A program made the position numbers and the translations under genes. From Fibrobacterota bacterium (GTDB lineage: Bacteria; Fibrobacterota; Fibrobacteria; UBA11236), in the NCBI GenBank assembly GCA_028287505.1, contig JAQBPN010000070.1, forward strand, positions 3,671 to 67,670: 64,000 bases of DNA, given 5' to 3'. The notes beneath the pieces are model-generated. The model did not search any database and was not told the origin of the DNA. It saw only the letters and a list, made by a program, of their open reading frames with translations. Numbering within the stretch: position 1 is the stretch's first letter; each line of letters begins with the position of its first letter. Positions 20,090 through 29,364 of the stretch are shown here, one piece after another.

Positions 20090-21310
20090 ATGGGCTTTAT
20101 TTCATTCCGAACTTTGCGTCTTTTGCCCGCAGTCGCGGCCGTGAATCTTTTGGTTTCCTTCGTCCATTCGGAAACCTCGCCCTTGAGCGCTGTGCAGGAC
20201 GGCTTCGGCCTGGAAGTGAGCGGCTACAATTCCCGGGAAAAGGGCATGGGCGAAGCCGGTTTGGCGACCATAAACCGCGTCGGACCTTCCATTCCCAATC
20301 CTTCGAAAACGGCGTTCAACGAGAAGACCTCGTTTTCGGCGACCTTCGATACCGACCTGGATTGGCTTCGCGATAGCGATGTCTCCAATCGCACTACTAC
20401 TTTCATCATTCCCGACATCGCCTTGAACTTTCAGACCCGATGGCCCGTGAACGTGGGTCTCTATTACCGGCAGCGTTTCCATCGGAATTTCAGCTTCACT
20501 CCCGCCGCCCAGGCGAATCAGAATGTGCTTGAGTCCTTTACGACGGAAGGGGGGATCTACGAACTGGCCAGCACCGTGGCCTATGCGCCCAAACCCTTCC
20601 TGGCCCTGGCCTTGGGATATCATTTTCTGATAGGCCGGGAGCGGACCATCGAAAGCGCCGGCTTCACGCAAAACCCCATCAACGATACGTTGCGAAATGG
20701 GGAGGATTTGAAAGGGGATACCGTTTCCGTCCGCAGCAACGGCAATTACCCTTCGGCCTCCCTGACTTTCCGCCAGAAAACCTTCAGCCTGGCCGTCACC
20801 GGAACCATGGCCACCACCTTGGACCGGACCCTCAATCGGACCGTCACCAACCTTTCATCCGACGAAAAAAGCAAGGAAAGCCGGGATTTGCCCTGGACTG
20901 TCCAGGTTGGCGCGGCCTTCAAACCCAAACAGAACCAGTCCGTGGCCGTGGATTTCAGTTATGAATCGTGGGAGGACGTGGCTTCAGGATTGCTGAATCC
21001 GGCTTTCCATGCGGGTGCCGGGTATGAATACCAGGGCGTAGGGAACCCATACGAACCCTATTTCCGCAAGGTTGCGTATCGCGGAGGCTTAGGGATGGAA
21101 AGGTTATATTTGGATGAGACCAATCTCTACTTTCTGACCTTAGGCACCGGATTGCCCCTAGGCAGAAGAGGGAACCTTCTCGATGTTGCATTAAAGTATG
21201 GACATCGCGATAGCCGAGAAAATAATTTATGGTCTGAAGATTTTCTGAAGCTTTCCGTGACCTTGACCGGTGTAAGCGTGTGGGGACAGCCAGTCCGCAA
21301 ACGGCATTAA
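20090..21310 (+). CDS. Outer-membrane beta-barrel protein (FadL/OmpP1-like)
   Basis: Signal peptide; REKGMGEAG..NPS FadL-like start; amphipathic strands GAGYEY, YRGGLG, TLGTGLP. Confidence 0.75.
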   Translation: MGFISFRTLRLLPAVAAVNLLVSFVHSETSPLSAVQDGFGLEVSGYNSREKGMGEAGLATINRVGPSIPNPSKTAFNEKTSFSATFDTDLDWLRDSDVSNRTTTFIIPDIALNFQTRWPVNVGLYYRQRFHRNFSFTPAAQANQNVLESFTTEGGIYELASTVAYAPKPFLALALGYHFLIGRERTIESAGFTQNPINDTLRNGEDLKGDTVSVRSNGNYPSASLTFRQKTFSLAVTGTMATTLDRTLNRTVTNLSSDEKSKESRDLPWTVQVGAAFKPKQNQSVAVDFSYESWEDVASGLLNPAFHAGAGYEYQGVGNPYEPYFRKVAYRGGLGMERLYLDETNLYFLTLGTGLPLGRRGNLLDVALKYGHRDSRENNLWSEDFLKLSVTLTGVSVWGQPVRKRH

Positions 21311-21337
21311 CCGGTCCGACTACCTGGAGGTTCGACC

Positions 21338-22624
21338 ATGAAAAACAAACTGGACAAGAATTCAAAACTCCCTTCCGGCAAATCCAAGGAAGCCTCCTCC
21401 TCGGATGCCAAGTCGAAAGGCAAGCCGGCCAAACCGGTCCCTAAAAGTCCACCTCCCGCTTCAGCGAAAAAATCCAAACCCATAGGGGATTCGAAGCCGT
21501 CCAAGGCCTCGCCCGAATCCAAGTCTCCTGCCCAGCCGGCCAAGGCCGGAAAGGCCGAGAGCGGGTCCATAAGCGGCAAATCCGCCAAGTCCCCGTCCCA
21601 GGCCAACCGGGAAACAGCGGCCCCCGTTTCCAAGCGTCCCGCTGCCGGAAAGACCACCGCGCGCGCGCGGGGCAAGGCGGGCTCCGCCGATTCCGCCGAA
21701 GAATTGAGCCTGGAAGAGTTCGCCATTTCCCTCATCAAACCCGGGGAAACCAAGGAACGCATCTGGCGCACCAAGAGCTTCCAACAGCATCCCGCCCAAC
21801 GGGAGTTCGGCTTTCCCGATGTCGCTCCCGAGTTGCCGGGCCAGTACAGCCAGCCCAAATTGGTGCTGATGCCCAAGGATCCGGAATACATGTTCTGCTA
21901 CTGGGAATTGACTCCAACCTTGATAGAGGAAAAGGAACGGGAGAAGCTGGCTACCGGAAACTACCGGGAAACCCTCAAGATCAATTGGGAATCCAAGTCG
22001 CTTTTCGAACCCAACTTCACCTTCATCCCCGTTTTCTTCTGGGCCCGTAAATGGTATTTCGGCGTTCCCCAGGTGGGCCAGCGGTATCAGGTGGAACTGG
22101 GATGGCTTTCGGACAGCGGGCATTTCATTTCCATCATCCGGTCCAACCTCTCGGAATTGCCGGAAAGCTGGGCGGCCACCCAAAAACGCCTCGCCGAACA
22201 GGGCGAAGTGCTGGCCTACTCTTCCAGCCATACCAAGACCCTGGGCAGCTCCGAGCACTTGGTGGTCGAGGACATCCGCTCCTTCGTTCCGGAATGGAAC
22301 CTCAGTTCGGAAAGCATGAGCTCCTCTTCCTGGTCCCGCGGGGTATCCGGGGAAACAGCCCAGGCTTCTCCCCAACAGTCCGCCCCGGCTCCCAAGGCCT
22401 CCAAGCCTCGGCCGGCGTCACCGAAAGCCCGCCTGGAAGTCTCCGGCAAGGTCCTGCCCGGCACCCAGGTCTTCGTCAGCGGCAATGCGGTATCCACCAA
22501 CGCCCAAGGCTATTTCAAGACGGAATTCCCATATAACAAGGACACCCTGAACCTGGAGCTCACGTCCCGTTCGGGCGCGAGCCGCTCCTTTACCTACGAT
22601 CTCAAGGAGTTGGTTCTGAACTGA
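21338..22624 (+). CDS. DUF4912 domain protein with a Lys/Ser/Pro-rich disordered N-terminus
   Basis: ELPGQYSQPKLVLMPKDPEYMFCYWEL, WYF..YQVELG..IIRSN; poly-Ser; GGAGG RBS; coupled to GH57. Confidence 0.85.
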   Translation: MKNKLDKNSKLPSGKSKEASSSDAKSKGKPAKPVPKSPPPASAKKSKPIGDSKPSKASPESKSPAQPAKAGKAESGSISGKSAKSPSQANRETAAPVSKRPAAGKTTARARGKAGSADSAEELSLEEFAISLIKPGETKERIWRTKSFQQHPAQREFGFPDVAPELPGQYSQPKLVLMPKDPEYMFCYWELTPTLIEEKEREKLATGNYRETLKINWESKSLFEPNFTFIPVFFWARKWYFGVPQVGQRYQVELGWLSDSGHFISIIRSNLSELPESWAATQKRLAEQGEVLAYSSSHTKTLGSSEHLVVEDIRSFVPEWNLSSESMSSSSWSRGVSGETAQASPQQSAPAPKASKPRPASPKARLEVSGKVLPGTQVFVSGNAVSTNAQGYFKTEFPYNKDTLNLELTSRSGASRSFTYDLKELVLN

Positions 22625-24195
22625 TGGGTTACCTGAACTTCGTTCTGCACGCCCATCTGCCTTACGTCCGACATCCCGAACACGCCCGCTTCCTCGAAGA
22701 AGATTGGTTCTTCGAGGCCATAACGGAAACCTACATCCCGCTCCTCCAGGAGTTCGAGGCCCTGGCCAAGGATCGGCTTCCCTTCAAGATCACCATGAGC
22801 CTCACGCCGCCCTTGTGCGAGATGCTCGCGGATGAGCTGCTGCAAACGCGCTACATCAACCACATCAACCGGTTGCGCGAATTGGCGGAGAAGGAATGCA
22901 CCCGCACCAAGAACGATCCCGCCTTCTGCTACCTGGCGGCCATGTACCGCAATCTTTTCGAGAAGTGCCACAAGATCTTCAACGGATATGATCGCAACCT
23001 GCTGAACGGTTTCCGGAAATTCCAGAAATCGGGCAACCTGGAAATCATCACCTGCGGCGCGACCCATGGATTCCTTCCCAATCTCAGGATTTCCCCCCGC
23101 ACGGTGGAAGCGCAATTGGCCGTGGCGGTTGGCAATTATTGGAAGCATTTCGGCCAGGAGCCCTGGGGCATCTGGCTGGGCGAGTGCGGGTACTATCGCG
23201 GCCTGGACAAACTCATCAAGGAGTCCGGTCTCCGGTATTTCTTCGTGGATACCCACGGCATCCTGCAAGGGGATCCTCCTTCGCCAAAGGGAAACTACGC
23301 CCCCATCGAAACGCCCAACGGCGCGTTCGCGTTCGCGCGCGATCAGGAATCCTCGAAAGCCGTCTGGTCCGCCGAGGAAGGCTATCCCGGGGACTTCCGC
23401 TACCGCGAATTCTACCGGGATATCGGATTCGATCTGGACATGAAATACATCGGCCCCTACATCCATCCCATGGGGCTGCGCATCAACACCGGAATCAAAT
23501 ACTTCCGCATCACCGGCAAGGGCAACTACAAGGAACCCTACGTGGAGGATTGGGCCAAGCAGGCCACCGGGGAGCATGCGGAAAATTTCATCTTCAACCG
23601 CGACAAGCAGGACGAATGGCTTTCGGGCCGCCTTGATACGCCGGCCTGCATCGTTTGCCCCTATGACGCCGAATTGTTCGGCCACTGGTGGTATGAAGGC
23701 CCCATGTTCCTGGGCAAGGTGATGCGCAAGGTGCTCACGGAAAACAACCACCGCGTGCAGTTGTCCACCCCGCGCGATTACCTGATGATGCACAAGGATG
23801 CGCCCCGATCGGATCCGGCCTTTTCCTCCTGGGGAGCCGGCGGCTATGCCGACGTGTGGTTGAACGGCAGCAATGATTGGATCTACCCCCATCTCCACAA
23901 GATCGGGGACCTGATGCACGAAGTGGCGGGACTCCCGGCCGGCGGAGATCAGGACCGCCGGGCCCGCAATCAGATGGCCCGGGAACTGCTGCTGGCGCAA
24001 TCGTCGGATTGGGCCTTCATCATGAAAACCGGGACCATGGTCGATTACGCCGTCAAACGGACCAAGGTCCACGTGCACAACTGCCTGGAACTGTACCGCC
24101 AAATCCGCACAGGCTCCATTTACGAACCCTTCCTCCAGAACCTGGAGTCGACGGACAACATCTTCCCTGAAATCGATTACAAGGTCTACGCGTAG
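22624..24195 (+). CDS. GH57 1,4-alpha-glucan branching enzyme (DUF1957)
   Basis: LHAHLPYVRH, ATHGFLP, GIWLGECGY (nucleophile E), PYDAELFGHWWYEG (acid/base D), QSSDWAFI. Confidence 0.93.
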   Translation: MGYLNFVLHAHLPYVRHPEHARFLEEDWFFEAITETYIPLLQEFEALAKDRLPFKITMSLTPPLCEMLADELLQTRYINHINRLRELAEKECTRTKNDPAFCYLAAMYRNLFEKCHKIFNGYDRNLLNGFRKFQKSGNLEIITCGATHGFLPNLRISPRTVEAQLAVAVGNYWKHFGQEPWGIWLGECGYYRGLDKLIKESGLRYFFVDTHGILQGDPPSPKGNYAPIETPNGAFAFARDQESSKAVWSAEEGYPGDFRYREFYRDIGFDLDMKYIGPYIHPMGLRINTGIKYFRITGKGNYKEPYVEDWAKQATGEHAENFIFNRDKQDEWLSGRLDTPACIVCPYDAELFGHWWYEGPMFLGKVMRKVLTENNHRVQLSTPRDYLMMHKDAPRSDPAFSSWGAGGYADVWLNGSNDWIYPHLHKIGDLMHEVAGLPAGGDQDRRARNQMARELLLAQSSDWAFIMKTGTMVDYAVKRTKVHVHNCLELYRQIRTGSIYEPFLQNLESTDNIFPEIDYKVYA

Positions 24196-24622
24196 AGTAG
24201 ACCCGTTTATGCGTAAGCATAAACCCGTCTACGCGTAGCCTCTCCGCACCTATTCGGAAATGTGATTTTTGTCCCGATTTATGTTGGCTTCCAACAGGCC
24301 GGATCCAGGCGGAATCTTTATAGATTTTGATTGCCGTTCCGATTGGGCGGACAACCGCCGGTGCGGAAAAAGTTTCGGGCACGGGACTGAAATACCGCCG
24401 TAACCACCGCGAAATGCGGTGAAACCGGTGTCCCGCGGTTCCGTGCGCGGGACGGATGCGTTGGGGTTTCCTAACGCATTTCCGATTTCCTGCCGTTGGA
24501 TTTTTTTCCCGATTTTGGCTTTATCGGGGTGTTTGGCCGGAAAAAAACAAGACGAATCCCCAAGCCACAGGTTCAGGCCGGAATTATTATAAGCCTGTAC
24601 CGGGGGAGATGGAGGCGATTCC

Positions 24623-24928
24623 GTGGGGAATATCAGCGCAATGCTGCTCATCTTGGTCTTCCTCGTCATCGGGGTGACCCTGGCGATTCTTTTCCTGGCC
24701 GTGCTCCGGGAAACCCTGTTCTGGTATTGGCGCTCCAAAGGCGTGATGCAGGAACCGGAAGATATTCTCAACCGTCCCCACGAAACCGCCCTCATCATCC
24801 GCAAGAGCATCGCAGGTATGAAGTCCGGATTGGCCCCGGGGGCGAATACCAGGACCCCGACGGCGAAATCAATCGCGGCGGAAAATGCCGCGGCGCCGCA
24901 TCCGGGTTTCAGCGACCAAAACCCGTAA
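24623..24928 (+). CDS. Small single-pass membrane protein, hypothetical
   Basis: GGAGG RBS before GTG; hydrophobic N-terminus followed by LRETLFWYW. Confidence 0.55.
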   Translation: MGNISAMLLILVFLVIGVTLAILFLAVLRETLFWYWRSKGVMQEPEDILNRPHETALIIRKSIAGMKSGLAPGANTRTPTAKSIAAENAAAPHPGFSDQNP

Positions 24929-24942
24929 ACCTTCCCCGACCG

Positions 24943-26475
24943 CTATTTCCGCAAAAGATTGTGGACCCGGGTCATAAGATCATAGGGAGAAAAAGGCGTG
25001 ACCAGGTAATCGTCCGCGCCCAACTGGAATCCCCGCGCCAAGGCCTGATCGGCACCCAATGACGTAATCATCAGCACGGGCACCCGGTTCCCCCGCCAGC
25101 TGGAGCGCAGATCCGTGAGCAGGCTCCGTCCCTGGGACGCCTCCTGTTTCAGGTCCAGGATCCAAAGGGCGCAAGGCGTGGCCAGGGCCGCACGCAAGGC
25201 CGAAGCGCCATCGCGGCAATGCACCACCTCGAAACCTTCCCGGTCCAGACTGTTGGAAACGATTGAGGCGACCTGATCGTCGTCCTCGGCCAAAAGGATT
25301 TTCTGCGTCTCCACCTTGGTCTGATCGGCTTCGGAAACCAAACGCGCGCGGCCGCCGGTCTTGGCCAGGTAGAGGTAGCGATCCGCCTCGGCCATGGCCT
25401 TCTCCACGGTGGAATCATGGAGCACGGAAACCAGGCCCGCGGAAAATGTCAGGGGAACCGGGCGGCCGTCCTGGGTGCGGAAAGGGATGGAAGCCAGGGT
25501 GGAGAACATTTTTTCCACGGCGAAGCGCGCGCCCGGCAGATTGGTGTTGGGAAGCAGCAGGGAGAATTCGTCCCCTCCCCATCGGGCCAGGAAATCGGAA
25601 CGCCGCAGGGCGTCCGCGAAAGCCCGGGCGGCATGGCGCAAAGCGGCATCGCCGGCCACATGGCCCAGGTGATCGTTGATGCGCTTGAGCATGTCGAAAT
25701 CCAGCAAGGCCAGGGAGGTGGGTTCCTTTTTCCGCGCGGCCAGGGCCACCGCGCGGTGGAAGCCTTCGCAAAAGGCCGCGCGATTGGGCAATCCCGTGAG
25801 CGCGTCCTGCCGCGCCTCGCGGCGATGCTCGATGGACCGGTGCAGGCGCGCGGAGACGGCGGCCTTGAGGACTTCCGGGGCCAGGGGTTTCTCGAAATAG
25901 GCATCGGCGCCAAGCGCGAAACATTCCGTCTTGGGCTGAGGTCCGCCGATTCCGGAAAGCACTATCACCGGGACCCCCGACGTGGCCGATCGTTCGCGCA
26001 GGAGCATCAGGAAGTTCCGGCCATCCGTGTCCGGCAGGGAAAGGTCCAGGATGATGAGCGAGAACTGCCTGTCCTCCAGCACCGCCAAGGCTTCGCCCGC
26101 GCTGCCCAGGGCCGTAATCTCCCGATCGGAACCGGAGAGGATTGTCTCCAGCAACCGGCACATCTGCGCGTCGTGTTCGATGATGAGGATGCCGGGAAGA
26201 TCCCCCGGACCCAGCGCCGCGCTGACCTTGATCAATTCCGAGAGCAGGCGGTCCAGGCAATAAGCCAGCTCTTCCGGACGGGACTGCTCCACGGCGCGGG
26301 CGGATTCCCCCAAGGAATGGAATCCGTAGCTGTTGGCCGAACCGCGCAGGCTGTGCGCGATGCGCCGGACGGAATCCGTGCCGTCCGGGGATTTCGCGAG
26401 ACCCTTCCTCGCGGTCTTGAGCGCGTCTATGCTGGCCGGGAGACTCCCGCGATACCACTTCCTTAAATCTTCCAT
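24943..26475 (-). CDS. Hpt-REC-GGDEF-REC response-regulator diguanylate cyclase
   Basis: Hpt AHSLRGSA; REC1 ILDLSLPD..EKP; DALTGLPNR; RxxD I-site plus intact GGDEF; REC2 LAEDD..ILD. GGAGAG RBS before ATG 26475. Confidence 0.9.
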   Translation of the reverse strand: MEDLRKWYRGSLPASIDALKTARKGLAKSPDGTDSVRRIAHSLRGSANSYGFHSLGESARAVEQSRPEELAYCLDRLLSELIKVSAALGPGDLPGILIIEHDAQMCRLLETILSGSDREITALGSAGEALAVLEDRQFSLIILDLSLPDTDGRNFLMLLRERSATSGVPVIVLSGIGGPQPKTECFALGADAYFEKPLAPEVLKAAVSARLHRSIEHRREARQDALTGLPNRAAFCEGFHRAVALAARKKEPTSLALLDFDMLKRINDHLGHVAGDAALRHAARAFADALRRSDFLARWGGDEFSLLLPNTNLPGARFAVEKMFSTLASIPFRTQDGRPVPLTFSAGLVSVLHDSTVEKAMAEADRYLYLAKTGGRARLVSEADQTKVETQKILLAEDDDQVASIVSNSLDREGFEVVHCRDGASALRAALATPCALWILDLKQEASQGRSLLTDLRSSWRGNRVPVLMITSLGADQALARGFQLGADDYLVTPFSPYDLMTRVHNLLRK

Positions 26476-26500
26476 AACTCTCCATGCCCATTGACCGTGC

Positions 26501-27661
26501 TCATTCGCCTTCTCCCTCCGCGCCATCGTCGATGTCCTGGAAGCCCAGGTGGCGGAAAGCGAATTCGCCGCGGATCCCGAAGCCGGTATAGGTCTGGTTG
26601 TCGACTTGTCCGTATAGCATCGTCCCGGCCACGCGTATGCGATGGTATTCCCAGATCCTGAGGCCCATAGTCAGCCCCGCTTCCGTTTCATGCCCCACCG
26701 CGGTTCCGTTCCAGCTGAAAATCGCCCTGGGCGCCACGTGCAGGCGCCAGAGAATGTCCGGATCAGGGGCCCAGGCCACGGACATTTCCAGGTAGGCCCT
26801 TTGCAGGTTGTCGTCCGTGTCCGGGGCCTCCAGATCGGATTTGAGCTTGAGGCGCCGGTTGGCGTCCGGCAACTTTATCGCCGCGCCTAATCCCGTTTGC
26901 CAGGCCACCCGGCGGAGCGATTTGAGATATTCGTAACGAAACTGATAAAGATCCCCTTCGTTGTGGGCGGGGATGCGGATATCATTGCCCTCATCGCCAT
27001 AAATGGAGGCCTTGGCGTCCCAGCGGTGGCGCGCCGCCCGCGCCTGGTATATGGCCCGTCCGGAGAAATCGAAATAGGATGCCGGAAAGAAGGCTTTGTC
27101 CTTGATCAGCCGGAAAAGCGCGGGACGGGAATATCCGAATCCTCCTATCAAGGTCCAATTGGTCCAGGCGTAACGGCCGAAAACCGCCGCTTGCAAAGCC
27201 CGCGGGGACAGGAAGGAGGAAAAGGGCATGGGACTGTACCCGTTCATGGCCTGGTACAGCGCCAGGGAATCCGCCAAGGCGATGGTGTCGCCGAAGATGG
27301 GGATGTTGCCGCCGAAGGAGACGAAGAGATAATCCCGCAGCACTTCGGCGCTGGCCTGCAGCTTCAGGGCCAAGGGCTCCCGATAGGGCTGGGAGAATCC
27401 GGGGGCCTGGGTCTCCCGGGAACGCAGCCCGATATGGAACCAGGCGAAGGTGAGCGATTGGATGGTGAATCCCTGGTAGAGGCTCGCCTGATAGGGATAA
27501 GGCTGGCCGGTCACGGCAGGCGAGTTGAGATAGAACACGTCGATGGAACTGTGGGCGATCCACGGGAACCCGTGTTCCTGGCTGATCTCGGCGGTATCGG
27601 TCTTTTGCGCCAGCGCGGAGACGGCGGACAGCAGGACCGGGATCAGGAAACGCAGCGTCAT
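26501..27661 (-). CDS. Secreted, probable outer-membrane beta-barrel protein, hypothetical
   Basis: Signal MTLRFLIPVLLSAVSALA; many aromatic amphipathic strands; ATGA overlap with the upstream gene. Confidence 0.7.
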   Translation of the reverse strand: MTLRFLIPVLLSAVSALAQKTDTAEISQEHGFPWIAHSSIDVFYLNSPAVTGQPYPYQASLYQGFTIQSLTFAWFHIGLRSRETQAPGFSQPYREPLALKLQASAEVLRDYLFVSFGGNIPIFGDTIALADSLALYQAMNGYSPMPFSSFLSPRALQAAVFGRYAWTNWTLIGGFGYSRPALFRLIKDKAFFPASYFDFSGRAIYQARAARHRWDAKASIYGDEGNDIRIPAHNEGDLYQFRYEYLKSLRRVAWQTGLGAAIKLPDANRRLKLKSDLEAPDTDDNLQRAYLEMSVAWAPDPDILWRLHVAPRAIFSWNGTAVGHETEAGLTMGLRIWEYHRIRVAGTMLYGQVDNQTYTGFGIRGEFAFRHLGFQDIDDGAEGEGE

Positions 27662-29364
27662 GGGCCGAGACGGTCCGGGCTGCAGAGGTAACATCCGGAT
27701 TCCTGGGCGCCGGAACGGAACGTGCCGCCGAACTCGCCCCAACCCTCCTTCTCCGAAGAAAGCACGTCCATCTCCATGTCCATTTCCCTGGATTCGGAGA
27801 CGATGAAAGACTGCATGGATTTGTCCGCCGTGCGCAACGCCGAGCCGGCTCCGAAAAACTTGCCGGGAAGGAACATGGCGAAGGGCCGCGTGCCCCGGTT
27901 GGGATCCACGGTTTCGAATTCACGCAGGATGCGATCGCCACGCAATGGATTGAGCCTTTCCTGCTTGAGCGAGTAGCCGCGCGTCCGCACCGTGCGCATG
28001 GCTCCGACCGCCACGGCTTCCTGGGAACTCAAGAGCGGTTGCGCGGACATGCTTCCTTTGACCACCTCCATGGTGGAAATGCTGCCTTCGTGGCGGAACA
28101 ACACGGCTTGCGGCTGACCGCGCGCGATAAAGGAGGGAGTGAGCACCACGCTGTTGTCCTGGAAGGCGAGCAGGCCTATTTTGCGCCAGATGCTGTTGCT
28201 GTCCAGCGAGGCTATTTCCCCCAATTTGCGCCAGATGAGATTGTTGCTGTCCAGGGAAGAAACCTGGCCCAGGCCTTTCCAGACCAGGTTGGAACTGTCC
28301 AGCGCGGCCACCTGCGTCAATGTGCGCAACAGCAGATTGCTGCTGTCCAATGCCGTCACTTTGCCGAAGGTCTTGAACAGCAGATTGTTCGAGTCCATCG
28401 ACGTGACCTTCTGCAGGTTTTTGAGGATGAGGTTCTGGCTGTCGAGCGAGGTAACCTTGCCGAGACCCTTCCAGAGCAGGTTGCTGGTATCCAGGGCCGC
28501 CACCTTGGTCAGGGTCTTCCAGATCAGATTGCTTTGGTTCAAGGTGGTGGCCTGTCTCAGGCGCCCCTCCACCGAAGAGGAATCCACGCCCTTGATGATC
28601 CCCAGGGTCCCCTGGTTGAGCTGCACCACCTTGGGGAGCAGATAGGTGTAGGAAGAATGCGGGTACAGAACGTAGTGGATATTCTCCATGCTGATGACGA
28701 TGAGCCGCGGCGCGTCCCCGATCACCAGGGTGGTCCCCAAGGGCACTTCCGAGATGGATCCCTTGTGGATGATGGCGAGTCCGCGGATGAGCATGGCGGG
28801 GTTGGCCGGAACCTTCAGCTTCAGGACTCCCAGCGATGGAGGGTCCGCTTTTTTGGCCAGGAAGGAGGCCTCGAAAGGGCGCGCCACGGCCTGGGCGAAC
28901 AGCTTGCGCTTCTCCCCCGCTTCCAGCAAAACATGCAATGTATCGAGAACGCGGTTTTTCGCGGAGAACATGTCCACCGCTTCCGGCCGGCAGCGGTATT
29001 CTTCCTTCAATTCCGCGCACTCGACGATCAGGCCCCACTTCACCTGGTTTCCGTTCATGGGCGCGAGCAGGGCCGGGTCGGCGATCTTGCCTTTGGCATG
29101 CGCCGAATCCAGGGCGTTGCCGTTCTTCTTGCGGAGATCGAAGACCAGCAAGGCGGTGTCATCCGCCAAGGCCTGGCCCATATCGCGCGAAAGCCCTTCG
29201 TTATAAGCGGAGTCGCGGCCTTCCACGTAGGCGCCCAATACGCTGACGGCGACCTTGCCCCACGCGGAACCCAGGAAGACGGATAGGATGAGGCAAACGT
29301 TCCGCAAGGCGGAACGACGGTTTCGCGTTGCGGGACACGACGGCCCGGCCGGGGAAGCATTCAC
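27658..29364 (-). CDS. Exported protein: alpha/beta N-domain plus FecR-like domain interrupted by 16-aa tandem repeats
   Basis: Signal ..FLGSAWG. FecR-like halves VLYPHSSY..VQLNQGTL and VLTPSFIARG..MEVVKGSM flank the repeat array. Confidence 0.7.
   Translation of the reverse strand: MNASPAGPSCPATRNRRSALRNVCLILSVFLGSAWGKVAVSVLGAYVEGRDSAYNEGLSRDMGQALADDTALLVFDLRKKNGNALDSAHAKGKIADPALLAPMNGNQVKWGLIVECAELKEEYRCRPEAVDMFSAKNRVLDTLHVLLEAGEKRKLFAQAVARPFEASFLAKKADPPSLGVLKLKVPANPAMLIRGLAIIHKGSISEVPLGTTLVIGDAPRLIVISMENIHYVLYPHSSYTYLLPKVVQLNQGTLGIIKGVDSSSVEGRLRQATTLNQSNLIWKTLTKVAALDTSNLLWKGLGKVTSLDSQNLILKNLQKVTSMDSNNLLFKTFGKVTALDSSNLLLRTLTQVAALDSSNLVWKGLGQVSSLDSNNLIWRKLGEIASLDSNSIWRKIGLLAFQDNSVVLTPSFIARGQPQAVLFRHEGSISTMEVVKGSMSAQPLLSSQEAVAVGAMRTVRTRGYSLKQERLNPLRGDRILREFETVDPNRGTRPFAMFLPGKFFGAGSALRTADKSMQSFIVSESREMDMEMDVLSSEKEGWGEFGGTFRSGAQESGCYLCSPDRLGP
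28174..28542 (-). repeat. Eight 48-bp (16-aa) coding tandem repeats, consensus LDSxNL[LIV][WLF][KR]xLxKVxx
   Basis: LNQSNLIWKTLTKVAA / LDTSNLLWKGLGKVTS / LDSQNLILKNLQKVTS / MDSNNLLFKTFGKVTA / LDSSNLLLRTLTQVAA / LDSSNLVWKGLGQVSS / LDSNNLIWRKLGEIAS / LDSNSIWRKIG. Confidence 0.92.

Noticed and set aside
21141..21157. Sigma54 promoter-like GGCAC...TTGC inside the barrel gene
   Set aside because: GG-to-GC spacing is 9 nt rather than the required 10.
24380..24440. TPP- or cobalamin-riboswitch-like words (CTGAAATACC, GCGGTGAAA)
   Set aside because: Core motifs are missing (CTGAGA/ACCTGAT for TPP; GGGAA/GCCACTG for cobalamin). Kept only as an unassigned structured leader.
28174..28542. 48-bp periodicity as CRISPR or non-coding repeat
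   Set aside because: Conservation is at the amino-acid level within an open frame, with no unique spacers.
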